From: a virus
Reading direction: 5' to 3' (one strand)
Virus record (IMG/VR): IMGVR_UViG_3300020203_000008
Span: 72,573 to 136,572 of that record
DNA length: 64,000 nucleotides
The notes below the pieces were generated by a model. It worked only from the letters and a program-made list of their open reading frames with translations. It searched no databases and was not told the DNA's origin. The position numbers and the translations under genes are program-made. Positions 47,768-56,020 of this stretch are shown here, in pieces; the first letter of the stretch is position 1; each line of letters begins with the position of its first letter.

Positions 47768-48035
47768 TAGCCCCCTTCGCTTCTTTGACGAAACCGAAAA
47801 GTTCCTTCAGCAGCTTGGCAGAAATACGTTTAAATTCGGCCTTCTGTTCGTCTGTCATGATGTTTGTCCATTGCAGGCCAATCTCTAGACCCGCCTTTTC
47901 AATCTTCTTGGAGTAGACCAAAAGCTTCGTCAAATCCTGGTCAATCATCTGAAGTTTCTGGGTGATCTCAGATTGCATCTTAATCTTGAGTTCCATGTCA
48001 TCTTCGGTCAGGATTTTCTCGTCGCCATCCGTCAT
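47757..48035 (-). CDS. Hypothetical protein
   Basis: Coupled to Ku stop. Confidence 0.55.
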   Translation of the reverse strand: MTDGDEKILTEDDMELKIKMQSEITQKLQMIDQDLTKLLVYSKKIEKAGLEIGLQWTNIMTDEQKAEFKRISAKLLKELFGFVKEAKGANDV

Positions 48036-48871
48036 TAGCTAGCCTTCTTTGCCGCTAGGGCAGCCAAAAGAACTGCCTCAAGGTCGTCATCAGACTTGGT
48101 AGCTGAGACTTCAGCCACAGGCTGATCTGAAGGTGCTCCACCAGTAGTCACCCAAGACACCAGATCGCTCAGACGCTTTCTGGAGCCCTTACGGTAGTCC
48201 TCCGGCTGGAACTCTGTCACTGACTGTTCCAGGAGGCTCTTAGCTGTCTCCAGAAGCGAGTTCTTAACTTCGATTTGCTGATCCTCAAAGGACTTGAGGT
48301 CCTCAGGCCAGACCAGTTCCTGCAAGACAAGCTGATCGTTCAGGCCAAGCGTGACCTGGATGAGCTTGTCGTTCTTCCGCAGGTTCATCATTCCGATAAA
48401 CACCAGTTCAGGATCTTGCTTCAGGATGTTCACCAGAACCGGGTAGAGCTTCCCACCATTGGCGGGACGAAACACGTAGGACGTGCCACTCTGGAAAGTG
48501 GAGTCCCGAACGTCGCTCAGACGGTGGACGTTAAGCTCAAGCACGTTTGCCTCAAGCTCAGAGCCCTTAGCAAGCTCAACCTGCTCCTTAGTGAGCGGAA
48601 TGATCTCGCCGTCGTCGTTCTCCTTACCCTTGGCAAGATCACCCATAGTGTGATCACTGTGCCCAGATTCCATGCAGCGGTAGAACTGCTTAACGGTACC
48701 GGGATAGCCACCGTCATTCAGAGCTACACACTCGGGACAGAGTGAAACAAACTTCTCTTCTGAACCGGCACCAGTCACCTTAGCTGAAACAAGGTCACCA
48801 GTGACTTCCATGATGCCGAGAACAAGCGCCACACCCTTCTGGTATGCGCGATCCTTAACTGCTTTAGCCAT
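48035..48871 (-). CDS. ku: Ku-like DNA end-binding protein
   Basis: Q-Y-C...L-KG-E-DG--I-LT-E, Y-L--IL, L-WP-D, F-PE-Y, DDL-A-L pattern of prokaryotic/phage Ku. Confidence 0.75.
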   Translation of the reverse strand: MAKAVKDRAYQKGVALVLGIMEVTGDLVSAKVTGAGSEEKFVSLCPECVALNDGGYPGTVKQFYRCMESGHSDHTMGDLAKGKENDDGEIIPLTKEQVELAKGSELEANVLELNVHRLSDVRDSTFQSGTSYVFRPANGGKLYPVLVNILKQDPELVFIGMMNLRKNDKLIQVTLGLNDQLVLQELVWPEDLKSFEDQQIEVKNSLLETAKSLLEQSVTEFQPEDYRKGSRKRLSDLVSWVTTGGAPSDQPVAEVSATKSDDDLEAVLLAALAAKKAS

Positions 48872-49045
48872 GCTCTTGGAACCTCCTAAACATATTGAGA
48901 TCGATTTTTACGGTTTCAGGCGGTGAGACCACCTGCATAACACAAGTCACGGTACGGGTACCATGTTCTGAACATGGATAAAGACCACCGATGGTGACCT
49001 CTAGGTAATCTGAATCAAATTTACAGTCGCAATCTAGACGGACTT

Positions 49046-49300
49046 TCATAACGATCTCGTTTCCAAGATTGCCCACTGTTGAGGCGTAAGAAATACTTTC
49101 TCGTCCTTAGCAACAATAGAAAGTGTTGCTCCTTCGATATCCCAGTCAACAGCAATGTCGGAGATATCAAGTTCTTTGCCGTTCACTGAGACAATAAGTG
49201 CGTAAAGGTTGCCGGAACGAACAGAAGGATCACTGAGCGCACCCTGAAGAACCTCAGCCGCTTCTTGTGGCGTAAAAGTCTCATCCAACTCAAAGCTCAT
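49046..49300 (-). CDS. Hypothetical protein
   Basis: GGAGG RBS; 84 aa. Confidence 0.5.
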   Translation of the reverse strand: MSFELDETFTPQEAAEVLQGALSDPSVRSGNLYALIVSVNGKELDISDIAVDWDIEGATLSIVAKDEKVFLTPQQWAILETRSL

Positions 49301-49588
49301 TTAAATCCTCCATCTTCATCTAACCATGTAGATCCATTTCGAATCAGCCATGAACAAGTAGCGAGATGATATCGACGGTCTTCTAGCTTGTAAAGAGTGT
49401 TGCGGCGCTGTGCTAACGGAATAAGAGCGGCAGGGACTAAAGTGCTCCTACCTTGCAGGCGCTTCGGGGGAACTCTCACAATGGAACTCCATCGTTCACC
49501 TTTGGGGTCTTAGCTATAATCACCCAGAACAAAATCTGATATGGGATGAGCGTGACTATGAGATATAGCCAAATCTCGTCCATGGGAC

Positions 49589-49801
49589 TCACAATTGAAC
49601 TCCATGTGCTCGCAGCCACTTTTCAATCTGCTTAATACGTCGCATATCACCAGAGGTAAGAGCCGAAGTGAGAAACTCACCCGTTTTCGGGTCAGACCAT
49701 CTCAAATGGTTTCCTCGCGTGATGGTGACTTCAATGCCACCCTTGCGTGCCTTCCTGGCAAGCTTCTCAACGTCCTTGTTTGCACCTAGCTTTTGACTCA
49801 C
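49589..49801 (-). CDS. HicA-like protein
   Basis: Basic 70 aa; helix-G--V--TRGNH-R-beta-helix layout. Confidence 0.55.
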   Translation of the reverse strand: MSQKLGANKDVEKLARKARKGGIEVTITRGNHLRWSDPKTGEFLTSALTSGDMRRIKQIEKWLRAHGVQL

Positions 49802-50283
49802 TTGATCAACTCCTTAAACATTCGTTTCAGAGCCGAAATGGCCCCGTTAACCTCATCTGGCGTAGCAGTCAGATAAGGATAAAGCATATCCTCGACGGTA
49901 CTTCGAATGTCACCGTGCATGCCACTAAGATCATCAGCGGACCAGGCGTAGCCCCCCCACGACAACAAGATAGCTGAGTTGCACGACAACAAGATAGCTG
50001 AGTTGCCGGGCAGGTAGAAATCAACTTGAGTGCTATCAACTGTTACCCATGTGTCACACTTTGTGCAGGTCAGTTTCTCGATGCAGATAAAGAATACCAA
50101 ATAGTTACTGATATCACCATAAGTGCCGAGGTAGTCTACAAAGGAGAGTTCCTTGCCTTCCTGACTGAAAAAGGGACTTTCGGCGTACTTCTCTTCAGTG
50201 TCCCATTGAGATAGGTAGTCTTCGGTCATTGAGTAGTCGTAGTCTTCTCCAATAACTACTCTGAGGTTATCAAAATAGGTCAT
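49798..50283 (-). CDS. Hypothetical protein with internal 8-aa duplication and C-terminal tag helix
   Basis: GGAGG RBS; NSAILLSC-NSAILLSW; ends AISALKRMFKELIK. Confidence 0.6.
   Translation of the reverse strand: MTYFDNLRVVIGEDYDYSMTEDYLSQWDTEEKYAESPFFSQEGKELSFVDYLGTYGDISNYLVFFICIEKLTCTKCDTWVTVDSTQVDFYLPGNSAILLSCNSAILLSWGGYAWSADDLSGMHGDIRSTVEDMLYPYLTATPDEVNGAISALKRMFKELIK
49958..50005. repeat. Perfect 24-bp tandem duplication
   Basis: CACGACAACAAGATAGCTGAGTTG x2. Confidence 0.95.
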
Positions 50284-50290
50284 CGTCCTC

Positions 50291-50821
50291 CTATACGGTA
50301 ATAGCCTTAGGCTCAGGCAGAAGCTCAGCTACCGTAGGGATACGCTCCAAGAAGGACTTAGCTGCATCAGATTGCAATGCATCAATTGAGATTTCCTTCT
50401 GAAGATCCACACTCTGTCGATCAACGGCAATGACAGCACGGGCATAGTCGTTGGACAGTTTGGCCTCAAGACGCTGAAGGTCCTCACGGACACTTCGCTT
50501 GATAACGGTCACTTGGGTTACGTTATCGTGACGAATGCCGGAGCCGAAGGTAATGAAATAACCCATTTCCTCATACTCAGCACCCAAGGCTCGTGCAGCC
50601 ATCACTTCCTTCTTGGCCTTCAAAAGATGCTTCTGAAGGTCCTTCTGGATGGTCTTAATCTGCGTGTCGCTGTCATTCTGGTAAGCCTGGGTGAGAGACA
50701 AAGCAAGCTCATCCCTCCGGACCTTAAGCTCTGCCTTGAGGATTTCAAAGTCGCGCTTAATGATGCTACGAAGCTCGCGTCGTTCAGTAGGGCTCATAAC
50801 CCCAGGTTCAGTCTTTGCCAT
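50291..50821 (-). CDS. Helical hypothetical protein
   Basis: ERRELR--I...L-S--AK-FL--IPTV-EL; GGAGG RBS. Confidence 0.65.
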   Translation of the reverse strand: MAKTEPGVMSPTERRELRSIIKRDFEILKAELKVRRDELALSLTQAYQNDSDTQIKTIQKDLQKHLLKAKKEVMAARALGAEYEEMGYFITFGSGIRHDNVTQVTVIKRSVREDLQRLEAKLSNDYARAVIAVDRQSVDLQKEISIDALQSDAAKSFLERIPTVAELLPEPKAITV

Positions 50822-50853
50822 AATAACCTCCAATTAGATAGTAAAAATCACTC

Positions 50854-50907
50854 CGGGGGGAACGGACGCTGGGAAGCGTATGAGGGCGGACCTAATCCGT
50901 TCCCCCC
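50854..50907. promoter_or_regulatory. Intergenic 12-bp stem-loop
   Basis: GGGGGGAACGGA...TCCGTTCCCCCC. Confidence 0.55.
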
Positions 50908-50917
50908 AAAGTGAAAC

Positions 50918-51118
50918 TTAGACCTCTGCTCTCACCAGGAAAACATCGGAAAGCGGGTTACGCACGATTTGACTGATCGCGCCTTGCGTGAGCGAGTAAC
51001 GCTTCGCAACGGTCGTTTGCGGCTTACCCTGCTCGATTACCAGCTTCTTGATCCGAGCATTACGCTTAGCGATCTTCTCGGAGCGAGCCGGGTTACGGGG
51101 CATTGTAACGGACATCAT
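50918..51118 (-). CDS. Small HTH DNA-binding protein
   Basis: RN-RI...G-PQ--VAKRY-LTQGAISQIV. Confidence 0.7.
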   Translation of the reverse strand: MMSVTMPRNPARSEKIAKRNARIKKLVIEQGKPQTTVAKRYSLTQGAISQIVRNPLSDVFLVRAEV

Positions 51119-51400
51119 TCACCTCCTTGAATTACGGTAAAGTTCGATTGTTTTCTTGTAGGTCTCAACGATTTCTTTGTAACCCTCAATGGTTTCTTTG
51201 TAGCTCTCGATAATTCGGTCGGTGAAGAACTCATAAAAGCAAACCATCCCCCACGCGATTCCAGTGTAAAACCATGGGATGATGGCACCACCGAGGATTG
51301 TGTTGATGGCTGCTAGAGAAAGAAACCAAATAGCGAGCCAGAAGGTGAAATACCCATAAAGGGGCTTTAACTTCTTTTTAGATCCCATAGTTTTCTCCAT
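51119..51400 (-). CDS. Two-TM membrane protein
   Basis: Two hydrophobic helices, then (I/V)E-YK heptad repeats. Confidence 0.6.
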   Translation of the reverse strand: MEKTMGSKKKLKPLYGYFTFWLAIWFLSLAAINTILGGAIIPWFYTGIAWGMVCFYEFFTDRIIESYKETIEGYKEIVETYKKTIELYRNSRR

Positions 51401-51614
51401 TATTGAGATTTCCAAAGTCCTGGTAGAACCTCCCTGCTCGAATCTCGGCGATGCGGGCCAGCACGTCAGCGTCACCAGGGACGCGTCGTGGGTCGGCGAA
51501 GCCGGTGGCGTTGCAGAGCGGGCATACCGTGGTGGCGGTCTGGTCAACCGGGTCACCCCAGATGACGCCGTCGCCGTTGCACTCGGGGCACGGGAGCGGT
51601 GCTTTGACGAACAT
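51378..51614 (-). CDS. DnaJ-type Zn-finger small protein
   Basis: CPECNGDG and CPLCNATG. Confidence 0.6.
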   Translation of the reverse strand: MFVKAPLPCPECNGDGVIWGDPVDQTATTVCPLCNATGFADPRRVPGDADVLARIAEIRAGRFYQDFGNLNNGENYGI

Positions 51615-51638
51615 CAGGTCTCCTGTTCCTCCACTTCT

Positions 51639-51833
51639 TCAGGATGCATCAGGAACCTCGACCTCAGCCGAGATAGGGATGGAGAGGGTAGTGGGTGACA
51701 TCTGGCAGTTATCCATTTCAATCGTCCACTCATAGAAGTCACCCTCCCAACCGGGAGCAAGCTCTCCAACTTCCTCGCACAACAGATCAAAAAGCGTCTC
51801 GCTCATGACCTGAAGAACTTCCTTTTTAGCCAT
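51639..51833 (-). CDS. Hypothetical protein
   Basis: Acidic 64 aa; coupled. Confidence 0.5.
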   Translation of the reverse strand: MAKKEVLQVMSETLFDLLCEEVGELAPGWEGDFYEWTIEMDNCQMSPTTLSIPISAEVEVPDAS

Positions 51834-52204
51834 TAATCCTTCTCTTTCTCGTGATTTACCATGATTCTTTCAATTGTAAGATCCGTTGGGTTAAGTCGAA
51901 GTATGTCAATGCTATCGGCGTCCTCATCAGCATCTGCCCACCACTCTTTTGCCTGCTTAATGGCTTCCTCTTCAGTGGCAAAAACTACGTATGATGGAGC
52001 TTCATAGCCGCCAGTCCAGGCGACGATAAAGACTAGCTCTCCAATTTTTTCGGGTTCGTTCCAGTATTCGTCGTTGATCACGATTTCTAGTGCGTCTTGC
52101 GTTTTTGCTGCCCAGGTTTGGAGAGCGGACGGAAGATCGAAGTACTTCTCTTCGATGGCGTCTGCTGCTGATCGCAGCACCGCTAGGAACTGTTCCTCTG
52201 TCAT
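51833..52204 (-). CDS. Hypothetical protein
   Basis: VFATEEEA motif; acidic. Confidence 0.6.
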   Translation of the reverse strand: MTEEQFLAVLRSAADAIEEKYFDLPSALQTWAAKTQDALEIVINDEYWNEPEKIGELVFIVAWTGGYEAPSYVVFATEEEAIKQAKEWWADADEDADSIDILRLNPTDLTIERIMVNHEKEKD

Positions 52205-52352
52205 TCGTGATCCTCTTGGACGATTGTGATATCGAACTGAGCGATAGGGACACCCATAGCCTCAGCCGACTCAAGCACAAAGTCCGACGCGCCATTCTCA
52301 CTAGAGAATGAATACGGGATCTTAAAACGATGATGCGTTACGACCCATTGCT

Positions 52353-52598
52353 TCATAGATTACCTCTATCACTAGAAATTTTGGCACCTTCAATAGCTTT
52401 TCGTTCTAGAACTTTAGCCCTACCATTCCAAATGGTATCACCAGCCTTAAAGGACTGAGCGCAACCCTGTTGGGCTGCACAATAGATCGTTTCAAACTCG
52501 TATGTGCAGTTAGTGCCGGGGATGGTATCCCGGATTACAAAAAGGTGTGTGGCCTCGATTTTCTGGCATTTTTGGCATTTCTTGTCAGTTGTTTTCAT
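52353..52598 (-). CDS. Cys-rich hypothetical protein
   Basis: CQKC...C...C. Confidence 0.5.
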   Translation of the reverse strand: MKTTDKKCQKCQKIEATHLFVIRDTIPGTNCTYEFETIYCAAQQGCAQSFKAGDTIWNGRAKVLERKAIEGAKISSDRGNL

Positions 52599-52923
52599 TT
52601 AGATATTCCTCAAAACGTACATCTGTCTCGCCCATAGCTAAAACACGGTCGGCATCAGAAAGAACAACATATTCCCATGGAGATACGATAATTTCTCGTT
52701 TCTGCATGATATGTTCGGTGTCTGTATAGCATTCAATGCTAGAGGCGCGATAAACGCCTCCAGGGTTACCTCGGGCTACATAAGCGCGGCATTTAATACC
52801 CGCACTATCCTGATAGCCAATTTCTTCTCTCGCCTCTTCTTCGGTGGTAAAGTTTACGCGATCCCACCAATCTATACGGCCGTCAGCGTACTTTCGACCG
52901 ACTCGCCATTGCGTTTCGTTCAA
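52585..52923 (-). CDS. Hypothetical protein
   Basis: FTTEEEA motif; GGAAGG RBS. Confidence 0.55.
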   Translation of the reverse strand: MNETQWRVGRKYADGRIDWWDRVNFTTEEEAREEIGYQDSAGIKCRAYVARGNPGGVYRASSIECYTDTEHIMQKREIIVSPWEYVVLSDADRVLAMGETDVRFEEYLNENN

Positions 52924-53039
52924 CGCATACCTTCCTTTATAAACTTGCCCACAATCAGGGTCAGGAAAGTAACGCCCAGTAGAATTACTGCGATAATGAC
53001 TGTCCAGTTCATAAGCCCTCGCGAAGCTAGATGGATGGG

Positions 53040-53381
53040 TTAGTCTTCATAGTCTTCAATGTCTGAGATGTAGTCATCAAGGTCGGCTTGACTCTCAAAA
53101 TCTGAGGAGTGGCTGCCGCAGTCGTGTGGAGCATCAAAAAGGCAACCGCAAGAGAGACGCTCTGAGGCTGCCGCTTGATCGAGCACAGAAAGCTCTGTGC
53201 CCTTGTCGTAGAGGATCTGAGTAAAGATCCCAGAGCCGATCTGAAAGTTTCCCTTAACGATGATTTCGTCGTTGTAGGGATAGTCTCGGGAGTTGAGAAC
53301 GGTGTCCTCGACGGTTCCGAGTTCTTCGATCACGTCTCCGGGCTCTAGGTCTTCAACTGCTGTGAGAATATAATCGCTCAT
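53040..53381 (-). CDS. Hypothetical protein
   Basis: VEDLEPGDVI N-terminus; CGC...HDC. Confidence 0.55.
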   Translation of the reverse strand: MSDYILTAVEDLEPGDVIEELGTVEDTVLNSRDYPYNDEIIVKGNFQIGSGIFTQILYDKGTELSVLDQAAASERLSCGCLFDAPHDCGSHSSDFESQADLDDYISDIEDYED

Positions 53382-54033
53382 CTTAAACCCCCTTGGGCTT
53401 CGTTGTCACTTCTCGAAGGGCAGTCTCAGCCAGATCGGCTCGGAGCTTCTCTGCCTTCAGCTCTTTCTCAAGCCGGGCAATCGTCAGCTCACGTTCCTCA
53501 ATCTTGGTTAAGAGGATTCTTTCTGCTCGGGCCAGCCTCTGTTGAAGGTGAAGGCGGTCCTCCCAAAGGTCCATTATGAGTTAACCGCCTTGGTAACGGC
53601 AGTCTCAATATTACCGATGGCATCCCAAAGGAGCTTGTGCTCATCTTCGGTCTTTCGTCCTTCTGCCTTGTCAGCGGAGGACATAATCAAACGGTCGGAA
53701 AGAGCTTGGAGAATAAGCCTGCCGTCTGACCGCTTAACCTTAATGGTAATTGGGTCGTCGTTACGCCACATTAGCGTCCTCGTTTGACGCTACGAGCGGG
53801 CTTCAGTGGGGTGGGGTTGACCTTCCAGTGTCCGAATAGGAAGGCGTGGGTAGAGTTCCAGAACGTGCGAGTAATCATGTTGCTCCTTCAGTAATATGCA
53901 TTCTCATGTCAGGCTCCCTTTGCCTTTTCCAGGCAATCGAAAGAACAGAAGGTTCCGAGTTTGTTAATGATTACGCTCAGACCGCCTTCACCCTCCAACG
54001 AGGTATTACACTGAGCGCACTTCTCTGTCTTCT

Positions 54034-54273
54034 TCATGCTGAAACACCGTGATAGAGGCGACGAGAATCGTCATGGAAAACGGGCTCGTTGTTCTCAAAA
54101 GTAATCCCGGTACCGGGGAGATACGAGAAGCCCCGATAGGCGTCAGCCTTATGCAACAGTTGCTCCACAATAAAGGCAACCGAATGACGATGCTCTACCA
54201 TCTCATCGGTGCTGTTGGCAAGAGCATTATTCGCCACTTCCAACAGTTCAGTAATCTTGATTGTCTTTCTCAC
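54034..54273 (-). CDS. Hypothetical protein
   Basis: E-LLH----Y-GF-Y...D-SRR-Y motif. Confidence 0.6.
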   Translation of the reverse strand: MRKTIKITELLEVANNALANSTDEMVEHRHSVAFIVEQLLHKADAYRGFSYLPGTGITFENNEPVFHDDSRRLYHGVSA

Positions 54274-54703
54274 TTGTTGTTCATCTCCTTAAGTTTTTCG
54301 CCATAACGGATATGAGCGTCTTTGATAGCCGAAGTGAATTCTTCTGCAATAAGAACGCGGTACTCATCACGGTGAATAGCTATACAATCCTCACAAGTCA
54401 GAGGGTTATCCTGGTCGCTTGTCCAGCTATAGTCACCGCACTTAAAGAACGCAATCAACTTCACTCAACCTTCTCCTTCTCGGGTCGACGGCCGGTTCCG
54501 TCGCATCGACCTTCGTGGTAGCGGAGGCAGCGGAAGCAGCGGAAGATCTCGGTGGGCACGCCGTTGTTGTCGGGCACGTTGATCCCTAGCTTGTTCGGAT
54601 GGAACTTCATGTTCGGCTCCTCGGGCGGGTAGGGGACGGTGGCCGGGTCGTCACGCACGAAAATGCCAAGCGTTGTCTGATACCCGCAATACGCGCAACG
54701 GGC

Positions 54704-55048
54704 TCACTCGTGTTCCAACTCCTTCGCGTTCTTCAACAGCTTACGCTTAGCCTTAGCGATTTCTCGTGGAGTGAGGGGAAGCTCACGGATGATATGGAAC
54801 TCAGAAAGCTTCCGCATAAAGACCTTTACGGAGACTCGCTTGTGAATGTTTCCTCCGTCAATTATGTTGAGGTGCTTACTTGTGGTCGGTCCCCAATCGT
54901 TCTCGCAGACCCACAAGGATCGTCCACCTTCTTCATCGTAGTAGTGGAATGCAATAGGCGTGCGATAGGAGAACCAGATTGTCAGGTCTCCGAAATCGAC
55001 GCTAACGAAGTTAGGTCGCTCATTGGGGTGGTATGCGCTAGGATCCAT
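54704..55048 (-). CDS. Hypothetical protein with C-terminal tag helix
   Basis: WFSY-TPIAF...N-WGPTT-KHLN-ID; ends AKRKLLKNAKELEHE. Confidence 0.65.
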   Translation of the reverse strand: MDPSAYHPNERPNFVSVDFGDLTIWFSYRTPIAFHYYDEEGGRSLWVCENDWGPTTSKHLNIIDGGNIHKRVSVKVFMRKLSEFHIIRELPLTPREIAKAKRKLLKNAKELEHE

Positions 55049-55308
55049 TAGTAAGTGCCCCTACAGCGGCACCTTCAAGAACATAGGCGAGCGTATCGTT
55101 GAAAAAGAATCGTAGCGAAGGAACGGAAACGTTAGCCTCAAAGTCAAGGTGAACGTTAAGTCCGCCATCAGTGGCGCGATCCAAGCTAATCTCAATTCCT
55201 TCTTCGGTAACCAGTTTATTCGTCATTCGACTCCTTTAAAGTCAGTCGTTAAGTTTGTTTAGTGTTTCATTCATAGGAGAACCAAACTACGATTCCCACG
55301 CAAGAATT

Positions 55309-55533
55309 TTAGTAGTCGTCGTCCCAGTGTTCGCCTGCAAAGGCCGGATCGAAGTCAGCGGGAGCATTGTATGGGTAGCGTTGATTAATCTCGTCTTCTC
55401 TATCGAGACGGATACCCCAATGATGATCGCACCGAGGGAAACTAGCTCCTGTGCCACTTAGGGACATACGGTATTTGATGGTGCCCTTACAGGTACCATC
55501 GTGATCGTCCATGCATTCCAGTTCTTCAGTCAT
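55309..55533 (-). CDS. Small Cys/His protein
   Basis: C...C-G...SGTG--FPRC--H...FDP--AGE-W; start overlaps previous stop. Confidence 0.6.
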   Translation of the reverse strand: MTEELECMDDHDGTCKGTIKYRMSLSGTGASFPRCDHHWGIRLDREDEINQRYPYNAPADFDPAFAGEHWDDDY

Positions 55534-55675
55534 CGAGATCGTACCCATCGAACCATCCGTCTCCGTGGGTATCACTACGGGAGCAATGTGCTTGTGCTTG
55601 CTCCAAAGTCAGTCCTCGGAGCACGACTTCGTTGTCACCGTTGAAGTAAAATCGGGTGATGCGGTAACTATCCAT
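55526..55675 (-). CDS. Small hypothetical protein (49 aa)
   Basis: Not in ORF track; GAAAGG RBS; GLTLEQAQAHC...WFDGY. Confidence 0.6.
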   Translation of the reverse strand: MDSYRITRFYFNGDNEVVLRGLTLEQAQAHCSRSDTHGDGWFDGYDLDD

Positions 55676-55740
55676 AGGTCTAATCCTTTCCTTGGAAATA
55701 GGAATGTGCCAGAGTCTGCGAGCGTTGATTATCTGGCTTC

Positions 55741-55862
55741 CCTTTCACCTACATACCCGTGAATTCGTCCAGCTTGGAACGGCTTCTCTGCCGTGGGACT
55801 TATAACGAGGTTGTAGCTCCGGGATAGAAAGATGTCCGTCACGAGTAGAGCTAGGCAAAAGG
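55741..55862 (-). ncRNA. Structured RNA element (long closing stem plus multiloop)
   Basis: CCTTTTGCCTA/TAGGTGAAAGG and TACTCGTGA/TCACGGGTA pair with G-U only on minus strand; inner hairpins. Confidence 0.5.
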
Positions 55863-55863
55863 A

Positions 55864-55967
55864 TTGGTTCGGCGCTCTGCCATTAAGCTAGCTACATCTA
55901 CCCGCTGACGATGTATAACATCCGTCAGATAGAATCGTGTGGGTTCGAACCACAACCTCCGAACCAA
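55864..55967 (-). ncRNA. Circularly permuted tRNA-like RNA (YrlA-like topology)
   Basis: Terminal stem TTGGTTCGG/CCGAACCAA; T-arm TGTGG-TTCGAAC-CCACA; closed acceptor-like hairpin; D-arm TA-GCTT-AATGGCA-GAGC. Confidence 0.7.
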
Positions 55968-55970
55968 AGT

Positions 55971-56013
55971 GGGCTAAGTCTGAATCGAACAGACCATAAT
56001 GCACCAGCAGCCC
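55971..56013 (-). ncRNA. Mini tRNA-like element (acceptor stem plus T-arm)
   Basis: GGGCTG/TAGCCC stem stacked on GTCTG-TTCGATT-CAGAC; no anticodon arm. Confidence 0.55.
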
Positions 56014-56020
56014 TACTTAC

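Noticed and set aside
55864-56013. Canonical tRNA gene or two-piece tmRNA
   Set aside because: Arms are in permuted order, there is no anticodon loop or CCA end, no Ala-type acceptor stem, and no tag reading frame was identified
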